This document shows positions 13,064 through 27,101 of a DNA stretch of 64,000 nt, in pieces. Location: the NCBI GenBank assembly GCA_003971905.1, contig RSEE01000039.1, positions 310,001 through 374,000 of the forward strand, in the 5' to 3' direction. Each line of letters begins with the position of its first letter. Position 1 is the first letter of the stretch. The DNA is from Moniliella sp. 'wahieum'. Its lineage: Eukaryota. The notes beneath the pieces are model-generated. The model ran no database searches. It was not told the origin of the DNA and worked only from the letters and a program-made list of their open reading frames with translations. A program made the position numbers and the translations under genes.

Positions 13064-13739
13064 GCGAGCTCCTTCGCCTGCTTTCCCCGGTCGAGTCGTC
13101 ATTTTGCCGGCTTGGCTTGGGCTTCATCAAATCCCCTTGCCCGAGAGCAAGCCTCGGAGTGTGCTTGTAAACCCCTGTCTTCCCCTGTCTTTGCTTTGGT
13201 ACCTGCCAACGCTAGGCTCGTATTGCATCGATTAGGTGTTACCTCTTTTCTCTCGTAGCCTGTTAGAGATCGGTTAGATGGTTTTAATCGGTGGCGCCCC
13301 AGCGCCGGCAGTATGAGCAAGCTGGATGTTGGGGTCTAGATGCTGGTGGCGCAGACGTGGCAACCTTAGTTGCGTCAATAATGTAGCCGGAATGGCGGTG
13401 GCGGTGCGCATACTCCTTCTAAAGAACAGTGAAAGAGTCCTGCTGCATGCTAAGGAGCGGTAGTCCTCGATATGCCATCCCGCCTTGTCGGTGAAGGGAG
13501 TGCGCCTGCTACTCTGGTTCGCCCACACACAACACCAAAAATGGTCAAGCATCGATCCGTTGCTGACTATGTATCGTGGGAAGTCATACAGCTGGCCCCG
13601 GCATGCCAAGGTTTGTGGTAAGGGAATAGGCGGGTGGGAGGGGGGGGGGCAAAGAGGCAAAGGAAGTGCAAGGGCAAACAAATGACGGGAAGGGAGGGTG
13701 GTGGCAGCGAGCCAGGGGGTTGCACAGGCGACGCATCCC

Positions 13740-15272
13740 CTATGCTCGCTGTTCGTCCTGTGATCCCCGGCGGCTGGGTAAAGCCGACTGGGCCCGGCTG
13801 GCGCTCAAGCTGGCCGCGGCACTGCGGGCATCAGCGACCTTCTTAAGCTTGGCATCGAGTGCATGGGACTTGTACACATCCACAATCCGAGCGAGCAGTT
13901 CGGAGGTGCTGACGCCCGGGGTGCGGCGAGTGGGGAGGAAGCGGCCCTGGTCCTTGACGAAGCGGTACACGTCCGCCGCGCCTGCTGGGCCGGCGTACGG
14001 TTCCTCATCGTGCGCCACATAATCAATCCGTAACGCATCCAACAATTTCTGGTCCACCACCCACGGCGCATCCTCCAGCACCTCGTCCACCCACCGACAA
14101 TTGGCCACCGCCGCATACCGCTCCGCCGAGCTCATCACCGGTTCGTTCTTGTGCGCCTTGCACGCCGCACTGGAGCAAACACCAACAATCAAATGCACGC
14201 AGGGAAATGCCAGCTTGGCCTGGCGCAACTGCAACGCATGGGCATAATGGAACAAGTCGTACACGCCATCCGCATAGATCCGCACCGGCTGCGCCGGGTC
14301 TCGTCCGTCCCCAACCGGTCGGGAAATGGCATAGTCCCGCTGTCCCTCGACGGGCTGATAAATCGCATCGTGGAACCAGGCGCGGATCTCGCCAACCGAG
14401 GCAGGCACCAACGGGTCTTGCGTTTGCTCCGATTCAAGTCGCTCCGGATGCTCGCCCCGAAGAACGGGGGACGGGACCAGGGGCCGTACCGCCCGTCAAC
14501 GGCGGCAGGCTCGAAGCGGGGGCAGCCGGGGGGGGCGCAGGAGCGGCAAACTCGACATCGCCATCGTACGGGGTGGTATTGTCGGGTCCTGCGGGGTCAA
14601 GGTGAGCATGGCCATGTCGTGGTGCGGGCACCATGTCGCGACTGCTGAGCGAGGCAGAGGTGTAGCCGCTTGGTGCTGGTGCTTCGTCCGAGGCCAAGGA
14701 CGCATCCGCGCCGCTCTGCGACGCCACACGTTTCGCTCGAGCCTCCCGACCTTCCTCGCCTGGCGTGCCGGTGCTGTTGGCATTGGCACGCTCCGCACGA
14801 GCATCCAGCTCGCCCGCCGGGTCACTTACCCCAGGAGTTGAATCGGGTACGGCCAGCACACCAGGCGGGGCCTGCTCTGGTGTCGCTCTGGCCGTAGTCG
14901 CATCGGCACCGCTGCCCAGGCTAACCGCTTCGGTGCCTACTACGGCAGCGCTGGCAGCAGTGGGAATAAGCGCTTGATCGCCTTGTGCTTCGTGTTCAGT
15001 GGCGCGGTTTCGCGGATGACACCCAGGGGGGCGCTGCGACGGCGGGAACGGACGTTGCCTGCGGCGCGTGGACTGGAGGGCGTATCGGAGGGCGCATCAG
15101 CGTCGGCGTCGGCATCGTCATTGTCCTCTTCGCTGGCATCGCGGCTGGAGCTGATGAAGGGGGGTTCGCCCAGAGCCTCGTCGTCAGTGGTGCGGCAAGA
15201 GCGCTTCTTGCGGTGGGCAGCATGGGCGTGGGCATGGTGCGCATGGAGAAAGGAGCGGGCGCTCGCAGCCAT
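13740..15272 (-). CDS. PCT1: Choline-phosphate cytidylyltransferase (N-terminal part broken by indels)
   Basis: RIYADGVYDLFHYAHALQLRQAK (HxGH-like), CRWVDEVLEDAPW, IDYVAHDEEPY, RTPGVSTSEL; start MAASARS..SSRDASEEDND inferred at 15272. Confidence 0.9.
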
Positions 15273-17682
15273 GGTAGGGTGGGAGCAGCGGCAGGAGCGC
15301 GCGCGGGAGCAGGTGGTGAGAGATGCGGCGGAGAGGGATGAGATCGATGAGACGGGACAAACGGCGCGCAAACGTGGGGAAGTGGGTGAGAAGTTATTGG
15401 CCCTGTCTGGAGGAGGAACAAGCGAACGTTCGCCTCGCACGCCAAACCAAGTCCCATGTCCCCAGTGGGAGCACTGGGGGAGCGGTGGCGGGCAACGAAT
15501 GCATGAGTGCTAGCAAACGGGTGATGCGCATGAAACTGGGGGCACGGAGGCAGCAGCCAAGCCAACGCCCCTGCTAGGGTTACTCGCGGCAGCCAGCACG
15601 TGCAGAGAAGCCAGAGCCAATAAGCGAAGTGTCTTTTACGGTCTTTCGTCGGCAGCCACGCAGTCGCTATTTTCGCTGTATACCCCACGTCCACAACGAA
15701 GGAGAAAAACTCCCCCTTAGGGGCAGAGAACAGGGTCACGGGAAATAGAGGCAGGACATATAAAAAGGAGTGGCCAAACAAACGAGTGGATGCAAAAGGG
15801 AAAAACGAGATCTGCGATCCACCTCCCCTCTTCAAAAGAAGCCAAGAACTCATCTCAGGCCTCACCGGCACCCCTCACTGTCCATTCAACGTTCGCGTTC
15901 ACATCTCTGTTGTGTCAGGCGTAAGAGTACCCGTTTACGAGCGGTGCTACATGCTATTATTGCCCTCTGCTATATCGAAACTGTGGGTGCGGAAAAGCTA
16001 GTAAGCCAGTAGCACCGCAAAAATTGATTGAAAGGCCTGGATCATCGAAATGTCCTGACAAAGAAAAGGATATTAGTCTGATGATATATCGATGATAGAA
16101 CAACAGTAGCCCACATCGATATCTTCTTTGGATACATATCGCGGCCAGTGTTGTTCGAGAATCGGCGATTACTCAAAAGTGGGGATGAGAGATCGATGTG
16201 TGTTATAGTTGTAAGTCCGCTTGGTACCTGAGCCCTGAGCTGAGAGGCCTGTAACTACATGTAATGAGTTGGGCAACTGGTCATGACCATATATGCGCTT
16301 TTAGGGGGCAAACCTAATAATGGTCAACATAGGACCGGGTTCGGGACTCAATGAACCTCAATTGGCAGTGTCGCCGGCTTTTCAAGCCACTTATGTATCG
16401 CCACTACGTATACTGATAGTTGGTATAGAATCGTCCTTAGAGGCGTCTGTCGCCAATCTAATCCCTACATGTGAAGAGTTACACATGTATAATGCTTTAC
16501 AGGCGAGCCTGTGTGTGGGTTCGACTCCCAATCACCGGATCACCGGGGCCTATATATGTTCTTTTCCACTACAGTGTTGTCCCAGGTAGCACCCAATACA
16601 CCGGATGATCACATGGATCACACGCGTCTTCGTTTCTCTTTCTCCTCGCGGCTTCTGCGCACAGATAATACAGTGCAACAGATCTCTGACTTTTTTGACT
16701 CATAGTACCCATGTGCCCATTGAAGCTAATGCATGCTTTTATGACATGTGATTGCGTGTGAATGGCAGAGATATGAGATTGCGAAGATAAAGACGTGACA
16801 GGTGCGTGACACGGAGAGAAACACCAATAGTAGCCAATGTCATCCTGTTCTTGTTTCCCCGCGGTTCTTGAGAGTTTTGTCCATGTCATCCTGTTCTTTT
16901 CCCGTTCTTCCAACCAAAGACCTGATCGCAGGTCAGGCCTCAGCTGAGGCCTCAGATCTCAGAGGAGAAAGTCCATCACGTAGGTGGATTTCCGCCAATT
17001 ACATCAATGGCACGCAAGTATATATACACACAGCAAAAACACTTTAAGGCCCGTCAGCTAAATGCTTTTGAGAGAGATATACGGGTGAATGGATGATGAA
17101 GCTGATGAAGATCGACGGCGCTGACTCACCTTGATGATCTTGGTGATAGAGTTAGAAAGGCAAGGGTGTTTTGCTGTACACAGAATGAGTTGTGGGGTGC
17201 CCAATGCTGGCTATTTATCTAGACATTCCCGTTGTCGGGACCTCTCAGGCTCATCGATGCTAGCTTCAGTCCGGTCAGGCCTCCGGCCTCAGGCCGCTTC
17301 AGGAATGAAAGGCTTTTTATGGATATACCGAACGGTGAATTAACGACGCAGTCATCGTAGTCTTCTTCTTTCGAGGGGCTCGATATGTGTTAGCGTGTTT
17401 AGCGCCGTTTATTGCCGGTGAGTGAGTTTGACTGGGGCCATGCAAAAAGCCATAAAAAGGACATAAACCCGCTACAGCTGTGTGGCTCTCAGTGTGTACC
17501 AATACACATGCGTGATTGTCATAGTGTGTTGTTTTGGGGGGGCTGGCGTGCCATCATACGGGGGCATAACCACAAAACTTGAAGCTTGTCGCGACCGGTG
17601 TAATAGTATTAGGTGTGGGGGCAAAGAACGGGGGTGACGCCCATATGGCGGCGGATGGGATTTGGAAGCACCAGGTGAGAAG

Positions 17683-20600
17683 ATGTCGGCCGAGGGCGCT
17701 GCGCTCCCCCAGCCGCCCCTCCTATCATACCGGCGGCAACGCTCCTATGATAGCAACACTGCTATGGTACCGGGTCTTGTCCAGAAAAGCCCCTGGGGCT
17801 CAATCAGAATCGATCATCGCTCACCCAGAGAAGCAAAGCCGCAGCCACACAGGGGGGCAGTCATTAGCCATTGGTCACCATCAGGCACACTCCCTGCCGG
17901 CGGGGAGGATGCGTAGGGCAACACTGGCATGGTGCCGGGCGGACATAGCTTGCGGCGCAGGCACGGCGGCGCAGGGCGGAGTGTAGGCGGGGGAAGGGGC
18001 GTGAATTCCAACGCGTGTATATAACGAGCACGGCCCCAGTGCTGCGTCAGTACGTTTCTTCTCCAATTTGGACTGTCCAGCGCCATTCAGAGGATCAGAA
18101 CTCGCACTTTTCCCTCGTGTTCTTCCCTCCTGTGCACCACCACCAACCCACCCCTGCCTGATCCATCGCACCCCGCTTCCTGTCCCCGCCCCATTCTCTC
18201 TGCCCGCCCCCCTCTGCACGCATGTCGTCCCCCCGACTACCGTGCTCCATCCCGCCCCCGGGTCCAGCCATCCACCCCCCCACCCAACACCAACCACCCG
18301 CCCCTCCGTCGCGGAGGTGTGAGCATCAAGGACGATTCTCGCCGCACCTGGATATGGACGAATAAGTGGGCTGTGCTCACGCCAACCACCTTGGAGTTGT
18401 ACAAGAACGAGGTGAGTACCATGACACCATCTGCTGCTGCATCCAGATCATCTATATATAAGGCTTTATACTGACTCGCCTGGTCCTTTTCGTTGCTGAA
18501 GACTTCCGCGGTACCCTCCCACCAGATCCCCCTCAGAACCTTATCCTCTGTAGGCCGTGTCGATCTCAAGCCGTACTGTCTCCAACTCCAAGACGACCAA
18601 GACAAAATTCTCAACCTCCAAGTCCGCACCGACGAAGACGCATACGGCTGGATCGATGCCATTTCATCGGCCGCTCGTGCTGTGGGCGGACTTCGTCCAG
18701 CCTTGGCTGAAGGTGGTGTAAGCGAAGTGAGTTTACCCACGGGCTTTCGTCACAACGTCCACGTCGGATACGATGCCACGGCAGGCACCTTCACCGGACT
18801 CCCGCCTGAGTGGAAGTTGCTCTTGTCTAATTCGAGCATCACGGCCGCCGAGTCGCAAAAACACCCCATGGAGGTCTTGGCTGCAATCGACTTTTATCTG
18901 TGTGATGGGGAAGGTCAATCCCCCGAACTGAACCATACTCAACCGTCTTCAGGTACTCCTGTTTTGTCATCGCAATCCCCGGCTACTGCACCTCCTTTGG
19001 CAGCATCGGAAACCTCCGCCACTGCTCGTGCACAGCATCCACTATCAAACGATGCACTACTGAGCCACCCTCCACTGTCGAGTCGCCCTCTACTGTCGAG
19101 CCACCCTCCACTGCCGAGCCACCCTCCACTGCCGAGCCACCCTCCACGTCCACTTCTTCAACTACTGCGCCCAAAAACTCTCAGCTGCTTGAACCATCTA
19201 CTCCCCCAACCTCCACCGGGCACAATGAAGCTGGCTCTTTAGTTGAGAGCCCTGCGGTTCGTACGAGTAGCAAAAGCAGTTTGCTAACAAGTGTACCTTC
19301 TGTAGAAGGGCCTGCACAAGGAGACCATGAAACGACCAACAGTGTGCTTGAAACTCGCCCCTCGCCATGTACCCCGCCGCACCAGTACCTCACCTCAGCT
19401 GTGGTTGCAACACCACCTTCCATCCACACCCCACATCCCCCCGTCGACCGTCGGCGTCATGGGCGAAAAAATTCTCACAGCTGTCTCGGTCGAGCGTTCA
19501 CCTAATCAGTTCGGGATTCAAGTCACCACCACGCCAGGCGTCCGATTCGACTGGTGGAACTGCTCCTCCTATTAGTCATTCAGCGCTATTCGCGGCCCAA
19601 AACGCAAGTGGCAGTGCCTCCCCTGCTCTGATCGGATCAGAGTCTCCTTTGACTTTCTGTACATCACCTGGAACAACATCCAGCCCCCAATTTCTCTCCT
19701 TCTCCAAGTGGGCCAAGCTCCCCTACTCGGCCCTCTCCTCTAACAAGGAGCTTATCATTCCTCCTCCATCGGTCGATCAAACCTACTCCCAAATCAGCCA
19801 AAGAAGCCAAACGATTGTCGCCTCCTGCGTTCAACGGCCCTTCCTCTGATAAATGGTCTTCCGACCGTAGTTCCATGCCACGTTCGTCGTCCTCCTACCA
19901 CGGTGAAGGCAATATATTATCAGCAAAGGAGGCTACCCCTTTTCCCCAACCCCAATTCCGACGGTCCCATCACGTCCCTTCTATGAGCGCGGGGGCTGTC
20001 TGGCCATCAACCACGACCTCTTCATCAGCAGCCACCACCAAGACTGTCCCTGCCCTGGTCCCGGCTTTGAAGCGGTCCGTATCAGCGCAAGGTCAAAATC
20101 CCATTGCAGCGAAAGATCATACCAAGTTAGCTCTACACTCCGTCACAAGCTCCCCCAGCCGCCCTTACGGGCTCATTTCTCACCGTCCCGCACCTCCTGT
20201 ACCAACTTCTGCGACTCCTAGTGGCAAACCCGCAATCACCGTTCAGAAAGGTGTAGCACTTCCCACTCAAAGGAGCCGAACGAATGCGCTAAAAGGGTCG
20301 AACTCGACCAAGCCCACGGCGGCAACCACTGCGGCAACCACGGCGGCAGCCGTAGTGGCCAAGAATCCTCAGCCCAAATCGAGCACTAATGTACCTGATC
20401 TCGCCCTCGTGCCTTCATTTTCCTCCTCTCTTACGCCCCAGTCTTCCCGCCCGTTTCCCAGTGGATCGGTAGTGCGTTCCAAAGCTACTGCACCCCATCC
20501 TCCCCCTACCCAGGGATGGCAGCGGTACGATTCGCCTCGCCGTCGCCACGAGGTGGTAATAAGCGAGGCCCAAGTGGTCCATTTGCTGCAGCGCATGACC

Positions 20601-21637
20601 TCACCAAACCACCGGAAACAATCTACTCTTCCTTCCGCAAGGTAGGACAAGGCGCTTCGGGAGCTGTGTTCCGCGCGCAGACTAAAACAGGTCAGAAAGT
20701 TGCCATCAAGTCCATGCCTTTGGCCAAGCAGCACCGCCCCACTTGGTTCTGAGTGAACTGATGGTGCTTCGGGCTGCTGCACACCCGAATGTGGTCAAGT
20801 TTGTTGCGGCCCACCTAACCTCGACTCCTAGCGCGGACGATCCGAGCAAAAGAGCAACGAATAACGCAGTTGGTTCCATCTCCAACTCCAATTCGAACAC
20901 GAAGACGAACACCAACACCAACTTGGATGGTAGGGAGGCCTGGTGCCTTTGGGTTGTGATGGAGTTCATGGACGGTGGGGCTTTGACCGAGGTGATTGAT
21001 GCCCACGAGCTCTCCGAGGAGCAGATGGCTTATGTGTGCCGCGAGACGGCGCGCGGCTTGGCCCATCTTCACGCTGGCGGTGTGATTCATCGCGACATCA
21101 AGTCCGACAATGTGCTGCTGTCCCAGCGGGGTGAGGTCAAGATTACCGACTTTGGTTACTGTGCAACTCTCACCCCATCGCGTCAACGGCGGGAGACCAT
21201 GGTTGGAACACCTTATTGGATGGCTCCGGAGGTAGTCAAACAGCGCTTATACGGACCCGAGGTTGATATCTGGGGGTTGGGAATCATGACAATTGAGATG
21301 CTGCAAGGAGAACCGTACGTGACCCCATCTTTCTCTCTCACCTGTCCCCAGTACCTGTGGATGTTTTGAATTGACCATTTGCCCTGATTTTGCAGACCTT
21401 ACTTGGATGAGGACCCTCTTAAGGCCATCTTTCTCATTGCTACCCAAGGCACACCGCTGCTTCGTCATCCAGAGGTGCAGCCCTTTGCTGAAGGATTTTC
21501 TGGCAGCTTGTCTCACGGTGGATGCGAATGCTCGTGCTACAGCCACGGAGTGTACAAACCACCCGTTCGTGCGCCTCGCTTGCAGCGCCGAACATATGCT
21601 CCCCCTCCTCGACTTCAAACAGGTTAATAGAGCCTGA
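17683..21637 (+). CDS. CLA4: Cla4/Skm1-type PAK kinase (PH + CRIB + kinase); start uncertain; introns about 18412-18500 and 21315-21396
   Basis: PH ([35 protein letters not shown]), CRIB ([24 protein letters not shown]), kinase ([58 protein letters not shown]). Confidence 0.9.
19059..19148 (+). repeat. 18-bp coding tandem repeat, about 5 copies, inside the PAK kinase linker
   Basis: gagccaccctccactgYc repeated (EPPST[V/A] or SHPPL[S/P] depending on the true frame). Confidence 0.85.
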
Positions 21638-22347
21638 TGGTTTTCATTTGTTTGCTCCTTGCCTGTGTGGTGAGAAGCTTGAAAAAGCCGTGGATACACC
21701 ATCCTCTCTCTCACTATCAGCCGCCCTGTTGCCTTTGGATTTACCTTGCACCTCAAAATCAAAGTGTTGTATTCAACACCTTGGTGCCCGTGCCCATGCC
21801 CACGGTGCACTACTCCTCACCTTGCTGCTTCCACTAGTATACGTCCCTCTGGTGGCGATATAGGGTGTGGCAAGCACGGTCTTTTTTTCTTACCCTTCCC
21901 TACATCCGATCCTTTCGTCATTTTGATGGTTCCCCTCATCTTGTCCCACCCGCCCCCTGCCCATACGTCATCTATACCCCCCACATACGAAGATCCCTGC
22001 CTTCCATTGAACCGGTACACGAACCCCATTCTCTCTTCGATCACCATCTTGACTACTGTATCAGCTTTCACTTGTGATGGACCTGTCGAGGACCTGACTC
22101 CAGCCGTGCATACTTAAAAGGGAGAGCATCCTTTGGGGTATTCTCTCTTTACTCCTTTCACACTGTTGCCACGAGAAAGACTTTTGTATGCGTCACGTCC
22201 TCCCATACGACCTCAAATCGATGTATCTTCTACGGATTTCGCTGGTTTTGCTTCTCGTCATCTGCTTTGTAGTAGGCAGATCAAACTCGCTGCCCTGTGA
22301 CGCCTCTGAAAAGGGCCATCGCTCTCGTAGATAGTGATTCCAAGGAT

Positions 22348-24409
22348 CTAATTCTTCTGTGCCAGCCGTGCCAGGACAGAGCAGAATTCCTTGGGCGAGA
22401 CAATCTCCGTCGCCCCATAGGTGATCTTCTTGGGCACACCTCCCTGGGCAGAAGACGTCCGCTGCTCGTACTCGCGCAAGTTGGCGTACTCGACATAGCT
22501 CCCCCCACCGACGACAAACACAACTGCGTCATTGTGGCCCGCGGAAGTAGCAGGCATCGAAGTATCAGCCACAACACGCCGTTTGGGGTCGAGGTAGGTA
22601 GAGGTACTTGTCCGACTCGGTACGGGCTTGGGCCGACGCATGCGCAGGTTCCATCAGCGCCTTGACCAATCGCGTCACCGTCTCGTCCTTCTGGGCTGGG
22701 AGGAAATTCTTCACGCCCGCAACTAGGTTTTCGAATCCAGAATCTTTCAGTCGCTCCCCTAGCGTCCTGCCCAGTGCACCGAACCCCTTGAACAGATCTT
22801 TCCCTTGAGTTGAGGGAGGTGCTGGTGCCGAGGCCAACGACATCATGCGAGCTGTTTGGCGAATGCTGAAGAGAGGCAAGTGTCAGAGAGTGATCAGAGA
22901 GCAACAAATGAGGGGTGGGGGTGGGGGAAGAGTACACACCTTTGAACATAACGCAGTGCAGCCAAATCCGCTCCAGCCGCGGTCAAGGCATCTTCGAACG
23001 TCTTGAGCTCGGTGGGCGTCAAGTCGACGGGGCTGGAGAGAGATAGAATATCAAAAAGAGACGGAGCTTGTCTTGGGCCGCTCCGGACCAGGCAGTGTTC
23101 TGGATAGCATCGAGCACAGTCTTTGAGGTACGTTGCGGATGCCTTCCTCGATTTGGAACAACTCGTCCAACCCTCGGTCACGGATGCCTTGCAGTAAGGC
23201 GGTGGCAATATTCATATGAGCGTCCAGCACCGTCTTGCGCGCGGTGAGTGCTGGAAGGGCTGTGTAATCGCTGCTTTCAAGTGGAGAGCATTGTTGCCCT
23301 CAAGCGAACTGACATCGTCCATCGGAGAGATGCCAGTCTTGCGGGTAAGCTCTGCCGCGTCCGCCTTGTACTTACTCAACTCCTGGTCAATGTCGGCAGC
23401 AACCTCAGGGAACGGCTGGACAACATTTTTCGTCCAAAAAAAGTCCTTGCCATCCAGGTCGTATGTCTTCGCCTTGCCCCCTTGCTCCGAGGCAGAGGAA
23501 CTGACTCGGTTCAAGTGGAGCTCCAGGACATCGTCCACCAGCGCTTGATACGTCCAACTATGGGCGAGCATGGGGACCAAGTCCACATCCCTATCCAAAG
23601 CAAGAGTAATGGTCGCTGAGATACCCACCCCTCGGCCCCAGATCCAGAGGAAAAGAGGTCACTAGCTCCCCGAGTGGAGGTGAGATGAGAGCGTAGGAGT
23701 TCATCCAGCTCGCGAGCCACGAGCTCGGCAGCGTTCCCCGCCGGTGCGCGAATGATGGGAACACCCCCCCCTCGAGTAGCTAGCACGCTGAAGAGGCCAC
23801 GAGCGATGCGACTTGCTTCGGCGCGAACCGCCTCCTCGCCAGCGCTCGAAGAATAAAGGACTTCGTACGTGTTCCGTTTTTGTGGGGGAGGGAGCAGCTC
23901 AAAGAGGGAGTTGTCTAGTACCACAAAGTCGAGGTACTGTCGAATACTTGCTCTACTCCTGCCCCATCCGACTTGGCGGCAACTATGCGGTGCAATTCAT
24001 CAGCTGCACGTCGGAGAGGGCGAGATAAAGTTGACAAGAGATCGATTCGTAGGCGGCCCGAGCTAGATCCTCGGCAATACGAGTAAAGTTGGCGGTGGTA
24101 GGCGACGACAAAGTAAACGGCCGGCACGTCGGGAAGCGGCGGGCGGTCAGAATGAAGCTGAAGATGGAGAGTGACGCCAGCCTGACGCAGGTCCTGGACG
24201 GTCATAAGGGGCGCGACACACTTCCTGGGCGGCGCTGTCAAGCACGAGGACCTTCCAGGACGGGGCGGCAGCGGCGGCGTCGAGGCCAGCAGAGGGCGAA
24301 GGCGTTTGCCATCTCGCCGGCAACAGCCTTGATGCGCGCTTCGGGACTGGGCGTGTTTGCCGTTGAGGAGGGCGAGGAGCGCGCCCACCTGGGCTTCGCG
24401 CAGCGACAT
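22348..24409 (-). CDS. SLY1: Sec1/Munc18 family protein Sly1 (several indels; intron near 22880-22940)
   Basis: [129 protein letters not shown]. Confidence 0.95.
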
Positions 24410-24718
24410 GGTGGAGCCCAAGACGGCGGGCGGACGCGCGGGCGTGCCGGCGCCAAGGCCGATGTGGGCGGCCGCGGCGGCTGGAGGCGCGGGGGGGCGA
24501 CGTGGAGACTGGAGGCAGGGCGACTGACGTCAGCCGGCTCAGTGCGGAATTGAACAGTTCAACGCTGTGAGGCTCCGCGTGCAATGTTCAAAATGTCGAT
24601 CATCGTCTACAATGCTCCACGACGCGATGCGTGCTGTGATCGATGATCGCCCGCGGCAGTGCACCATCTCGTCTCGCCACCACCGCCGCCTCCCACCGCC
24701 TGCTCTCCCTGAACCGCC

Positions 24719-27101
24719 ATGGCCACGGAGCACGACGCCGCCGCGCTGCTCGCCCCCTTCGATACCGGCATCCGCCAGGCGCGCTTCTACCATTCCTACC
24801 TCGACGCACGCCTCGCCGCCGAGATGCGGTACGCCGCAGACCTTCAGCAGATCATTGACGCCCATCCCCCCGACCCCCCCGACCCCGAGACGGGCAGCGA
24901 CCGTTCACGCCGTTTTTTTCCAAGAGACTTTCCACGCCTCAGCTCGATGGCCACACCCGCCAAGCGTGGCTGGCCTATCGCGAGGCCGACCAGGCCGAGG
25001 CGGATGCACGCCGCCGCCGCGTCCAACTGGTCCGCCAAGAAGGCTTGCTCCCTTGGATGCTTGGTGCAAGAGCAGGAACGTGCACTGGAAAACCTACGCA
25101 ACAGTCTGCACTCCAGTCGCAAGTCCTACGAAGATGCCCATGATAAACTTCTCCCCTCTGTGCGCAATGCGTACGGGAAGAAATGCTCAGAGTTGGACGA
25201 TTAGCGCGCCAAGAGACCTACATTCTCCAGCAGCGCCAACAGCTCACCGAGGAAAAGCCGCCTCCATCTCCAACACTTCCAACGGAAGATGCCTCCATCA
25301 GTCAACTCTCGTTGGTAATGATGATGAAACCAAACCTCTCCGCCGGAGTGCCCTCGCCTGGCGAACAGCATCGTTCCTCCCAAAGTTGATCGATGCCTTC
25401 CGTAACAAGGAGATCCGGGAGGGTTGGGATGTTGCACGGGAAGCTGCCAAAAAGAAAGCCCTCTTTGCTCTTAGACCAAGAGACACTGCAGAGTACATCT
25501 ATGATCCCGCTAACATGGAGGCGTTGTTGCGCAAAAGTCCAAGGTCAGCGCGAAGTCGAAGAATTGGACGTCAAGTACCGCGACATGGTGACCAATATTG
25601 AGACGCTCCGCCTTTCACTCGTTCACTTTATCAAGCTTGCCCAAGACCAATCCTGCACTCAGCGTTATGAGATGGGGGTTCAGTTGGTGAAGGCATGGGA
25701 CTCGAACCAGAAGCAAGCCAGGTCGTTTCAGACGAGTTGGTCTTGTATCGCACGAAAGCGGACAACATGCTGCCCCTCACTGCTCACATCCAAGAAGATG
25801 TAAACTGGTCCAGGCTCAGTTTTCTACTCAAAAAGAACCTGAACTAGCGCACGTGCCATACATCAACTAGTAAGTTTCCATCCCCTTCTGTCCATGTCTG
25901 CATCGTGCGGATCAAATGCTGACCTATTCATTTTAGCTGGCATGGCGTAGTCAACGACCTCTTATTCGGAGTCAAGTTGATGGACTACGCATCGAGCCAC
26001 AATATGCCCTCGCAGCCACCACTTCTCCTGCAAAAATGTGTTCCTACCTCGATGAGTATGGTCTGGATGTGGAAGGTATTTATCGCACTTCCGCCAAGCG
26101 TTTCGGCTTTGGACGATCTTGCCATGAAGGCAGAGAAAGATGAAAAGGCGTTAACGTTCTCCCCGGCACTGACGACCCGGTGACGGTGGCGGGTCTGTTG
26201 AAGCGATATCTCCGTGAACTCCTGACCCTCTTCTTCCGCTCTCCCTCAAGATGATGTCGACGTATACGGCGTCGCGAATTGAAGACGCGAAGTGGCTGGC
26301 CATTTCTGCGTCAAAAGATTCGCAATCAACCCCCCATCCATCAAGTGACGCTGCAACTCATTCTTGAGCATCTTGCCCGATTGCTGGAAACAGTGATAAG
26401 AACAAGATGACGGCTTCTAATTTGGCCGTCGTGCTAGGCCCCGTCATCCTTGGAGCGCCCGACGTGGATGATGCCGACGTATTCGCAGACTGGAGCATGA
26501 CCGGACGATGGAAGACCTCATCGTCTTTGGAGGAGCCATTTTGAGGATCTGAAGGGGACCTCGACCCCCTTCTCTTCTGTTCCCGAACCACCTTGTCCCC
26601 TGTACCGAGTACCACGCGCTTTCATTTCATCCCTGCTTCTCCCTCCGCTCCCGAGGGGACGGACACAAACATACTCACTCTCTCGACGCTCGGTCACCGT
26701 GGCTTCAAAAGCCTACTCTGGCCAGTGACTTGGTGCGGCGCATGTCCGAAAACCCAAAATCGAGCTCCAGGAGAACCCATGGGACGCATGAACACGCCCC
26801 TTCTGCCCTTGGTGTGAATACGACCATGCGGACCATAAGGTCGATTCAAGCTTAAACCTCGAGCCGACCAACTCCACCGACCCGTCCACTGTTTCGCTTC
26901 CAGTTCACCCACCCCAGGTTCCGATTATATCACCACTGACAAGCTCTCCGTCCTCTTCTTCAAAGGACCCTTCACCTGTTCCAACTCCCTCAATTCTTAC
27001 AACACGCGCCCAGCTTCCCCTCCGCTCACCCTCGGCCCAAGAATGTCCCCGCCCTCCTCCATCAGGGTCCTCCTCCCCATCTTCTCTCGCAACAACACTG
27101 A
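24719..27101 (+). CDS. Rho GTPase-activating protein with a helical (F-BAR-like) N-terminus; heavily frameshifted, 3' end approximate
   Basis: N-terminus FYHSYLDARLAAEMRYAADLQQI; RhoGAP motifs LFGVKLMDY, PLLLQKC, YGLDVEGIYRTS (Arg finger), VAGLLKRYLREL, NKMTASNLAVVLGP; intron about 25870-25937. Confidence 0.8.

Noticed and set aside
16514..16536. TGGGTTCGACTCCCA resembling a tRNA T-arm or B-box
   Set aside because: No matching acceptor stem, D-arm or anticodon arm could be built upstream.
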